NCBI GenBank assembly: GCA_903861305.1
Contig: CAIOTT010000041.1
Span: 1 to 62,771 of the forward strand
Length of the DNA stretch: 62,771 nucleotides
Direction: 5' to 3'
From: Candidatus Omnitrophota bacterium
Lineage (GTDB): Bacteria > Omnitrophota > Gorgyraeia > Zapsychrales > Fredricksoniimonadaceae
The translations under genes were made by a program, and so were the position numbers. Shown in pieces: positions 9,656-17,420 of this stretch. The first letter of the stretch is position 1. Each line of letters starts with the position of its first letter. Below the pieces are notes generated by a model that had not been told where the DNA came from, searched no databases, and saw only the letters and a program-made list of their open reading frames with translations.

Positions 9656-11218
9656 ATGGCCAAACAAGACAAGGTTTTGATCTTTGACACCACTTTGCGC
9701 GACGGGGAGCAGGCGCCCGGGGCGAGCATGAACCAGCGTGAAAAACTGGAAGTGGCCCTGGCGCTTGAACATTTGGGCGTGGATATTATTGAAGCCGGGT
9801 TTCCTGTTATTTCAAAGGGTGATTTTGAATCTGTCAGTATGGTGGCAAAGAGGATCCGGGCATGTATAGTGACCGGTTTGGCACGTGCCGTCAAAAAAGA
9901 TATTGACGCGCTGGCGGAAGCGCTTAAGAGCGCGAAACATCCGCGTATCCATATAGTTTTGGCGACTTCAAAGATCCATCTGGAACACAAATTGAAGAAG
10001 ACGCCGGATGAGATCGTCCAGATGGCGGTGGACGCTGTTAAATATGCCCGCAAGTTTGTTAGTGATGTTGAATTTTCTCCCGAGGATGCGTCACGTTCCG
10101 AGAAGAAATTTCTTTATCGTGTGCTGGAGGAGGTCATCAAGGCTGGGGCCCGCACGGTCAATATCCCTGATACGGTCGGGTATGGCATGCCAGAGCAGTA
10201 TGGCAAGCTGATCGCGGATATTCGCGCCAATGTTCCGAACATCAACAAGGCGGTCATTTCGGTCCATTGTCACGATGACCTTGGCCTGGCAGTGGCCAAT
10301 TCTTTGGCAGCCGTCAAGAACGGCGCGCGGCAAGTGGAGTGTACGGTCAATGGCATCGGTGAGCGGGCCGGGAATACGTCCATGGAAGAAATAGTAATGG
10401 CCTTGCGCACACGGGGTGATTATTTTGGTGTTGCGACAGGCATTAACACGCCTGAGATTTCCCGCGTATCCCGGCTTGTGAGTAAATATACCGGTTTTGT
10501 GGTGCCGCCCAATAAAGCGATCGTCGGCGCCAATGCTTTTCGTCATGAATCAGGGATCCATCAGGATGGCGTCCTGAAAGAGCCTTCGACGTACGAGATC
10601 ATGCGTCCCGAGGATGTCGGGTTCACAGGGACCGGGTTGGTCTTAGGCAAACATTCCGGGCGTCACGCGTTGAAGGCACGGCTGAAACAATTGGGCATTG
10701 TGTTGAGCGACCTTGAGTTGAACAAGGCGTTTGAGCGTTTCAAGGATCTGTCAGACAAAAAGAAAGAAGTTTTTGACGAGGATCTTGTGGCTATTGTTGA
10801 GGATGAAGTTCAGGAGATCAAGGATGTCTGGATGTTGGAGTCTCTGGTCGTGACAAGCGGCACCAATATTGTGCCGGATGTGACCGTGTGCCTCAAGTCC
10901 GGGGGTAAGGGTTATATGAAGAAAGCCACTGGGGACGGCCCCATCGACGCTTGTTATCGTGCTATTGATGAAACAACGGGGTTAAAGGGGAAACTTCTCA
11001 ACTATAGCATTCAATCAGTAACAGAAGGTCAGGATGCCATGGGCGAGGTTCGTGTGTGCGTGAACTTTAATGGTCAGAAAGTGATCGGGTTAGGTGCTTC
11101 CACGGATGTCATTGAGGCTTCGGTCAAGGCCTATCTGAACGCGCTCAATAAGGCCTGCATGGCGGCTACGGCCAAGGGACCCGGGGCAAAAAACATTGAT
11201 TTCGGGTTGCAGCCATGA
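9656..11218 (+). CDS. leuA: 2-isopropylmalate synthase
   Basis: [28 protein letters not shown], and a C-terminal LeuA-dimer/regulatory region. 520 aa. Confidence 0.88.
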   Translation: MAKQDKVLIFDTTLRDGEQAPGASMNQREKLEVALALEHLGVDIIEAGFPVISKGDFESVSMVAKRIRACIVTGLARAVKKDIDALAEALKSAKHPRIHIVLATSKIHLEHKLKKTPDEIVQMAVDAVKYARKFVSDVEFSPEDASRSEKKFLYRVLEEVIKAGARTVNIPDTVGYGMPEQYGKLIADIRANVPNINKAVISVHCHDDLGLAVANSLAAVKNGARQVECTVNGIGERAGNTSMEEIVMALRTRGDYFGVATGINTPEISRVSRLVSKYTGFVVPPNKAIVGANAFRHESGIHQDGVLKEPSTYEIMRPEDVGFTGTGLVLGKHSGRHALKARLKQLGIVLSDLELNKAFERFKDLSDKKKEVFDEDLVAIVEDEVQEIKDVWMLESLVVTSGTNIVPDVTVCLKSGGKGYMKKATGDGPIDACYRAIDETTGLKGKLLNYSIQSVTEGQDAMGEVRVCVNFNGQKVIGLGASTDVIEASVKAYLNALNKACMAATAKGPGAKNIDFGLQP

Positions 11219-12081
11219 CGGAACTACGCTCAACCTACGGCCTTGTCGGTTATCCTTTGGGGCACAGCCTTTCGCCGGTCATGCACAACACCGCGTTCAG
11301 GGAACTGGATGTTGACGCGGTCTACGAGCTTTTCCCGATGCCGCAGCAGGAACTGGCAGCCTTCTTCAAGGCTTTGAAAGATAAAGACAGCCATATTTTC
11401 GGCTTGAACGTCACGGTGCCGCACAAGGAGAGTGTGATCCCGTTCCTTGACGGTATGGATCCGTTCGCGGCGAAGGTCGGCGCGGTCAACACGGTCGTTA
11501 TTACCCCTGAACGTAAACTGATCGGGCATAATACGGACGGTCCCGGCTTTCTGACACATCTGATCGAGGAAGGTTTTGCACCAAAGGACAAACGCGTCGC
11601 GATCCTGGGCGCGGGGGGTGCCGCACGCGCTCTTATCAGCGTCCTTTGCCTTGTTCCCCAGAGGCCGCGTACGATCAAGGTGTTCGATGTGGACCGTGAA
11701 CGCGCCGCAACGCTGGTGCGTGACCTTTCCCTGCGCATGGATACGCAATGCGTCCAGATCGTCACGAGCGTGGACGACCTTGACATTGAACTGGCCGACC
11801 TTTTGATCAACGCGACGCCGATCGGGATGAAGCCTCAAGACCCTTGCCTTGTCCGTGAGGAGTTGCTGCATCCGCATATCATGGTGTATGACCTTGTCTA
11901 TAATCCGGCCCAGACGAAGCTTTTGGCCCTGGCCAAGGCCAGGGGGGTTCGGTCTGTGAATGGCCTCAAGATGCTTTTTTACCAGGGGGTATTGGCGTTC
12001 CAGCACTGGGCTCAGATCGAGCTGCCGCAAAAGGTGAAGGACCGCATGTGGGTTGAACTGCAAAAGGCGAGCCAGGCATGA
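11215..12081 (+). CDS. aroE: Shikimate dehydrogenase
   Basis: GYPLGHSLSPVMHN, NVTVPHK, GAGGAARA. ATGA overlap with leuA. Confidence 0.9.
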   Translation: MTELRSTYGLVGYPLGHSLSPVMHNTAFRELDVDAVYELFPMPQQELAAFFKALKDKDSHIFGLNVTVPHKESVIPFLDGMDPFAAKVGAVNTVVITPERKLIGHNTDGPGFLTHLIEEGFAPKDKRVAILGAGGAARALISVLCLVPQRPRTIKVFDVDRERAATLVRDLSLRMDTQCVQIVTSVDDLDIELADLLINATPIGMKPQDPCLVREELLHPHIMVYDLVYNPAQTKLLALAKARGVRSVNGLKMLFYQGVLAFQHWAQIELPQKVKDRMWVELQKASQA

Positions 12082-13289
12082 ACTTTTTTGATATCGATGG
12101 GTTCCTGTATCTTTTGTTCTTTTCCGTCGGTGCCATCATCGGGAGTTTTCTCAATGTGTGCATTGTCCGCATGCCGCGCAATGAGTCGGTGGTCTTTCCG
12201 TCCTCGCATTGCCCGCGTTGCCAGGCCGCGATCCTCTGGTTCGATAACATTCCGCTGGTAAGTTTTCTTCTCCTGAGGGCCAGGTGCCGCGCCTGCCGGC
12301 AGCCGATCCCGTGGCGCTATTTTCTGGTCGAACTTCTTATGGCGGGGTTTTCTCTGTGGACATATGCCCGTTTTGGCATGTCCTGGGCGTTGGTCCCGGC
12401 GTTGGTGTTCGTGGCGGGGCTGATCATCGCGTCCGTGGTCGATATCGAGTGGCGGATCATTCCTGATGAGATCAGTGTCGGCGGGATGTGGGCAGGGCTG
12501 GCGCTGAGCTATATTTTTCCCGCGCTGCACAAAGGCCCTGCGTCCGGTATCCTTGGGGCGGGAGCGTGGGTGGCGGTTATCCTGGCGGCTGTTTGCATCG
12601 CCCTTTATTTGTTCAGGATGTTCCAGCACAAGCTGTCGTTGGAGCCTTGGGACCGGAATGTCCTTCTTTTAGGCGCCTTGTTCCTGGCCGGTCAGTGGGG
12701 CGCGTTCACGTTGGCGTCTCTTTTCCCGTGCTGCCATGCCGGCTTGTTCGCCCTCGCGGATGCCTTGCAGGGCGCGGTGATCGGCGCCTGTGCGTTATGG
12801 TTTACCGGGCTTGTCGGTGAGATATTTATCAGCAAGCGCATTGTGACCCCCTATGATTTCAAGGGTGTGGTGGAAGATCCTGAAGGTTTGTTGAAAAGCC
12901 TTGAACGGGACGGTTATGTGGATGCCCAGGGGAATCTTCAGCCGGCGTTCCGCGCGGTCAAGACCGCGGCCGGTTTGCGTCTTCCTCCTGGGTGTGAGGC
13001 CAAGCGCGCCGAGATCTTCGAGGGCATTCAGGCCGTTGATGAGGGCGGGGTCATGGGGTGGGGGGACATCAAACTCATGGCCATGGCGGGTGCTTTTTTA
13101 GGGTGGCAACTGGTCGGCCTGGCGTTCTTCATCGCGCCGTTCTTTGGCGCTGCCTACGGGCTTATCAAGATCATCCGCAAGCAGGATACAGCCATTGCCT
13201 ACGGGCCGTTCCTGGCCCTTGCGTTCATCGTTTGCCTTTACTGGGGGGAGATTCTTCTACGGCGCATCACGGTCATGTACGGGCTGTGA
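12078..13289 (+). CDS. Prepilin peptidase (A24 family, PilD-like) with large internal insertion
   Basis: N-terminal Cys pairs CPRCQ and CRACR. First catalytic Asp context VDIEWRIIPDE (D122), second GWGDIKLMA (D330). 403 aa against a usual ~250-290 aa. Confidence 0.8.
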   Translation: MNFFDIDGFLYLLFFSVGAIIGSFLNVCIVRMPRNESVVFPSSHCPRCQAAILWFDNIPLVSFLLLRARCRACRQPIPWRYFLVELLMAGFSLWTYARFGMSWALVPALVFVAGLIIASVVDIEWRIIPDEISVGGMWAGLALSYIFPALHKGPASGILGAGAWVAVILAAVCIALYLFRMFQHKLSLEPWDRNVLLLGALFLAGQWGAFTLASLFPCCHAGLFALADALQGAVIGACALWFTGLVGEIFISKRIVTPYDFKGVVEDPEGLLKSLERDGYVDAQGNLQPAFRAVKTAAGLRLPPGCEAKRAEIFEGIQAVDEGGVMGWGDIKLMAMAGAFLGWQLVGLAFFIAPFFGAAYGLIKIIRKQDTAIAYGPFLALAFIVCLYWGEILLRRITVMYGL

Positions 13290-13310
13290 CACAACGGGGA
13301 GGTTTGACAT

Positions 13311-13925
13311 ATGGACGGACAGACATTCCTTCGGAATGAGACGCTGCGCACGATCCACGAGCGCCGCAGCACACGATTGTTCCTGGACAAGCCGGTATGT
13401 GACGAGGATATCCGGGCTATCCTGCATGCAGCCAATCAGGCGCCTTCGGCCCATAATCAGCAGTCATGGCGGTTCATTGTTCTTGGGGGGGAGAGAAAGG
13501 CGGGGTTGGCTGATATGATCCTGGCCAAAGCCGCTGACTTCCCCAAACCATCGTCGACCCTCCTTCGTCTTGCGTCGCGCTCGATCCATTCCGCGCCGGT
13601 CATTATCGCGGTGGCTAATACGGGTGAACTTATGTCCCGGGGGGCTGATCTTTTCAATATCAAGGATGATCCGGCGTTTGATTTTTTCCGCATCATGGAG
13701 ATCCAGAGCTCGGCGGCCGCGGTCCAGAATTTATTGCTGGCCGTGGCATCACTTGGATTGGGTGCTGTCTGGCTAGGCGTCCTGGTCCTGATCAAGAACG
13801 AGATCCTGCAGTTCGTGGGAGAACCTGGCGGGGAATTCATGGCTGTTATCCCGGTGGGATATCCCGCCCAGTCAAGCAGCGGCCCCAAGAAAAAGCCCCT
13901 TGATGCCGTGATAAAATACCTCTAG
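13311..13925 (+). CDS. Nitroreductase-family protein
   Basis: RRSTRLF..., AANQAPSAHNQQSWRF motif, ~204 aa. Confidence 0.8.
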   Translation: MDGQTFLRNETLRTIHERRSTRLFLDKPVCDEDIRAILHAANQAPSAHNQQSWRFIVLGGERKAGLADMILAKAADFPKPSSTLLRLASRSIHSAPVIIAVANTGELMSRGADLFNIKDDPAFDFFRIMEIQSSAAAVQNLLLAVASLGLGAVWLGVLVLIKNEILQFVGEPGGEFMAVIPVGYPAQSSSGPKKKPLDAVIKYL

Positions 13926-13936
13926 CGCGCGGAGGG

Positions 13937-15700
13937 TCATTCCTTGCGCTGGTATATCCTGGCGCTGAACTGGCCCCGTGCTTCGGAAGTGTAGGGCATC
14001 GGACCTATCCCGGCGTACGGCGCGTAGTGATCGCTGACGTAACCCCAGATCTTTTGCGCATAATCCTGCCCAAAGGCATGTTTGCCGTATTCTTCCAGCG
14101 GCCTGTTCACCAAAACAATGTAGTCGACCTTCTTTTCTTTCAATTCCCGGATGACGGCGTCGTTGATGCTGTCCCTTGCCAGGTCCTGGGGTAAATACGA
14201 GTAATAATAAAGAGGGTTGTCCCTGCCGGTCAGGAAGTTTATCGTTAGCCCCTCAGGCAGGACAACGACCGTGGCTTTGTCCGCCGTGTTCTCTTTAAGG
14301 AATGTTACAAGCAGCCGGCTGCTGCGGCCTATCTCGCTGTCGATCATGTTCAGCGTTCCGCGGTCAGAGATAACAGGGAGGGTCCGTCCGGCGTAATAGG
14401 ACCTTGAAACTAACAGATAGTGCGTTAAAAAAATACTCAGCATCAAGAAGAAGGCACCATGCATGGCTGGCTTTGGGACTTTGATGCGGTCCGGGATGAT
14501 CCTGAAAAAGAAGGCGTGGTAGACGATCAGCCCGGGGACCAAAATATAGAAGCCGTAATGCCATGGATGCATGTCGAGGAGCATCCTGCTGGCGAGAAGG
14601 AGGGAAAAGAAAGACAGCACGGCAAGTTTCAGGTCCCTGGCAAGGAAGATGGTAAGAAGGTAGATGATGGGCAGAGGGCGGTATTGGTGTTCGAAGGTAA
14701 AGACGTGTTCAAGGAAAAAGAATATCCCGGCGGCCAGGAGCATGATCATGGCGCAGCCGCCAGCGCGGGCAAGCGGCGTTAGGGCCAATGTCGGGATCTT
14801 GCGCAGGCCCCAAGCTCCGGCGCTGGCCCATGCGATAAGGAAGCAGTAAAAGAACGCGGCGTTCATCATCAGCCGCAGGTTGGCCAGTGGCGCGTCTGTG
14901 CCGGCGAGCCAGGCTGCAAAGGGGCTGGATGTGGCCGTATTGCTTTTCAAGAGGTCCCATATATTGCTGTCGTTGAGCTTTCCGGCGGACGCGATGGCAA
15001 ATCCCGCGTAAACAGCGCCGGCAACCGCAAGTGGAAGAAATACGCATTGGACCAGCAAGGCGGCACGCGATCTTGAGGATGTGTTCAAAAGGATGGCGCC
15101 GCTGAGCGCTGCGCCCAGCATGATGCCGATCTCAATACGGGTCAGGAGGCACAGGCACAGGGATGCTCCGGCAAGGATCAGGGGCTTTCTTTGTTGATCT
15201 CGCAGGAAGCGGAAAAAGAAAAAGAAAGAGGCCAGGGCGAAAAGGATGGCGTGGGTCGCCGGATAGCTGTAAGGAAGGATGAAATTGTAATTTCCGAGGT
15301 ACGTGTAGTGGCCAAACGCGAGGAGCACGAGGAACGTCAAGGCTGTTATGGTAGAGGCTGCTACCTTGAGGAATTGCCGCGAGAGTCTGTAGATGGCCAG
15401 CGTCGTCAACGCGGCCGTGATAATGCCGCCGACAAGGAGGCTGCTGATATGGACGCCGAAGATCTTGAAGAGAAGGGCATTGAAGTAGGGCGAAAATGGG
15501 CCGTAGAGGTAAAAAATATCCTTATAAAGCAGAGCGCCACCGGCAAGTTTGGCAGGCACATAAAGTTCACGGCCCGTGTCGATGATCAGATCGCCGTATT
15601 TAAGCCAGGTGAATTTGGCGAGGACCAGCAACATGATGGCGAGAAAAATGAATGAACAACGACCGCGCTCATAATGGCGGGCCCAGAAGGCGCGGATCAT
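13937..15700 (-). CDS. Polytopic membrane protein, GT-C fold (ArnT/PMT_2-like) glycosyltransferase candidate with C-terminal periplasmic domain
   Basis: At least 10 hydrophobic helices. The first-loop acidic motif IDTGRELYVPAKLAGGALLY resembles GT39/GT83-type loops. A soluble tail of ~150 aa follows. The start overlaps the stop of the upstream gene (ATGA). Confidence 0.55.
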   Translation of the reverse strand: MIRAFWARHYERGRCSFIFLAIMLLVLAKFTWLKYGDLIIDTGRELYVPAKLAGGALLYKDIFYLYGPFSPYFNALLFKIFGVHISSLLVGGIITAALTTLAIYRLSRQFLKVAASTITALTFLVLLAFGHYTYLGNYNFILPYSYPATHAILFALASFFFFFRFLRDQQRKPLILAGASLCLCLLTRIEIGIMLGAALSGAILLNTSSRSRAALLVQCVFLPLAVAGAVYAGFAIASAGKLNDSNIWDLLKSNTATSSPFAAWLAGTDAPLANLRLMMNAAFFYCFLIAWASAGAWGLRKIPTLALTPLARAGGCAMIMLLAAGIFFFLEHVFTFEHQYRPLPIIYLLTIFLARDLKLAVLSFFSLLLASRMLLDMHPWHYGFYILVPGLIVYHAFFFRIIPDRIKVPKPAMHGAFFLMLSIFLTHYLLVSRSYYAGRTLPVISDRGTLNMIDSEIGRSSRLLVTFLKENTADKATVVVLPEGLTINFLTGRDNPLYYYSYLPQDLARDSINDAVIRELKEKKVDYIVLVNRPLEEYGKHAFGQDYAQKIWGYVSDHYAPYAGIGPMPYTSEARGQFSARIYQRKE

Positions 15701-16341
15701 TTGAGGAATTCTTCCTTCAGCATGACGCGGCTGTCGTAGAGAAGGCCAATGAAGCGCAGGCTGCTGAAGGTCACGGTCAAGGCGGACAAGAGGTTGACCC
15801 AGTCGTGCAGGAGATTGACAGTACTGACGGGAGAAGGCCTGCCCATGATGTTCAAGGGCCAGATCACGAGGATCAGCCCTGCCGCAAAGAAAATGGCGAG
15901 CTTCATTACAAGGTACAGCACGCGTGAAGGCCGGGAAGAAACGAAGAACGCTCCGAAAGGGGAGGTGTTGATCTCAAAGGTCGAAAGGCCTTTGCTGAAG
16001 CTCAATGTCCTGATGAAGTCGGCCATGAAAGAGCGTGTGACAAAAAAGACCGGAACATAGAACGGCACAATGTGTTGATACGCGAAGAAAATGAAAAGGA
16101 TGTTCTCGGTGATGCGGTCGCCCAGCGTGTCCAGGAGGCCGCCTACCGTTGAGGATATCCCCAGTTTGCCGGCAACATAGCCGTCGAACCAGTCCAGGAG
16201 TGCGGCGACGGCTAAAAGGACCAGGCCGCAGATACGGGCGACTAAGGAGGGCGCGGTCAGCAGGGCCATGACCGCAAAGATCAAGGCGACGCGCGCCAGG
16301 ACAACGGCATTGGCCAGGTTTTTGTAGAGGATAGCTTTCAT
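15697..16341 (-). CDS. CDP-alcohol phosphatidyltransferase family protein
   Basis: Signature DWFDGYVAGKLGISSTVGGLLDTLGDRI matches D-x2-D-G-x2-A-x-x8-G-x3-D-x3-D, with G in place of the usual R. ATG 16341 overlaps the rSAM stop (ATGA). The ORF-track start at 16428 is probably an extension. Confidence 0.8.
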   Translation of the reverse strand: MKAILYKNLANAVVLARVALIFAVMALLTAPSLVARICGLVLLAVAALLDWFDGYVAGKLGISSTVGGLLDTLGDRITENILFIFFAYQHIVPFYVPVFFVTRSFMADFIRTLSFSKGLSTFEINTSPFGAFFVSSRPSRVLYLVMKLAIFFAAGLILVIWPLNIMGRPSPVSTVNLLHDWVNLLSALTVTFSSLRFIGLLYDSRVMLKEEFLK

Positions 16342-17270
16342 CTGAACACCGTCGGGATGATCGAACCGCCCATCGCGCTGTAGGCGTCGCACGGGCTCCA
16401 GCACGAGGGGCACTTGTTGCGGGCGCATTCGTCGTGGATCTTAACGGCTTCTTTCAGTTTCCAGATATCGTTGAGGGACAGGACCGTTTCTTTGATGTTC
16501 AGCAATTTTCGGTTATAGACAGCGCAGGGGAAAAGGTTGCCGTAAGGGTCCAGGAAGCACGTTGAAGCGAATGACTGGCATTTGACCGGGCTTTTCCTGG
16601 TCTTGAGGAAATGCAGGTAGAGCTTCAGGTACTTGCGGCGGAGGAAATTGTTCAGGGAAAGGCGGTCTTTGTCCATCGCGAGGATCTTGCGGATCTCGCG
16701 GGTAAGTATCGCGGGATCAAGTTCCGGCATGGCGTGATTCTCGTAGTAGAAATTCGACCTTTGAAAGACATTCACGGTCATATCGTCGAAGGAGAGGGCC
16801 GGATAAACATCGCCCAGCGCCCGGCCCCATGTGCCGTCAATGCCGCGGATATGGTTGTGAAGGGCTTCGGGGCCATCGATGCTGAGCGTGAAGACGATCT
16901 TCAATTTTTTGTGGCGTTTTTTTAGAGTATGAACGAGGTTTTCAACACGGTCCGTATAGGAGCCGTTGGTGGCAAAATGCAGGGCATTGAGGGTTTTTGA
17001 AGGTGCGAGCGCCGCGTCCACGATGTCAATGAGGTCGGTCCGCAGGAACGGTTCGCCTCCTGTGATGCCCAACCAATGGACATTGTGAGGTTTTTGGAAT
17101 AATTTCCCAATATCCTCAGCCTTGATCTCCGGTGGATGATCCTTTTTGTCCCAGATATTGCACATTTTGCACTTGAGGTTGCACCGGTAGGTGACCGCCC
17201 ACGATACTTTAAAGGGGGAGCCCAGGCGTTTGAAATTGGAAGCCGCGACCGAGCCAATGAATTTCAGCAT
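16338..17270 (-). CDS. Radical SAM protein with C-terminal Cys-rich (SPASM/twitch-like) region
   Basis: CNLKCKMCNIW is a CxxxCxxC cluster. GITGGEPFL is the SAM-binding motif. The C-terminus carries CPSCWSPC plus further Cys residues. Confidence 0.8.
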   Translation of the reverse strand: MLKFIGSVAASNFKRLGSPFKVSWAVTYRCNLKCKMCNIWDKKDHPPEIKAEDIGKLFQKPHNVHWLGITGGEPFLRTDLIDIVDAALAPSKTLNALHFATNGSYTDRVENLVHTLKKRHKKLKIVFTLSIDGPEALHNHIRGIDGTWGRALGDVYPALSFDDMTVNVFQRSNFYYENHAMPELDPAILTREIRKILAMDKDRLSLNNFLRRKYLKLYLHFLKTRKSPVKCQSFASTCFLDPYGNLFPCAVYNRKLLNIKETVLSLNDIWKLKEAVKIHDECARNKCPSCWSPCDAYSAMGGSIIPTVFR

Positions 17271-17277
17271 GACCTAA

Positions 17278-17306
17278 TATATAGACCTATCCTGAAGTGT
17301 TGTAAA
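17278..17306 (-). promoter_or_regulatory. Putative promoter of the rSAM operon (leaderless-type geometry)
   Basis: On the minus strand: TTTACA, 17-nt spacer, TATATA, 7 nt, then ATG (17270). No Shine-Dalgarno sequence is present. Confidence 0.35.
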
Positions 17307-17355
17307 ATAGAATTTATAAACTTTTAATGTATCTCCTGCCTTTGTTTTCCCCCAA

Positions 17356-17385
17356 TTGGTAAACACATAATTAATATTGTATATT
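17356..17385 (+). promoter_or_regulatory. Putative promoter of the 811-aa ORF
   Basis: TTGGTA, 18-nt spacer, TATATT, within an AT-rich divergent intergenic region. Confidence 0.3.
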
Positions 17386-17420
17386 TTAAGCGGTGGGGGG
17401 TATCCACAAACGGTTAAAAT

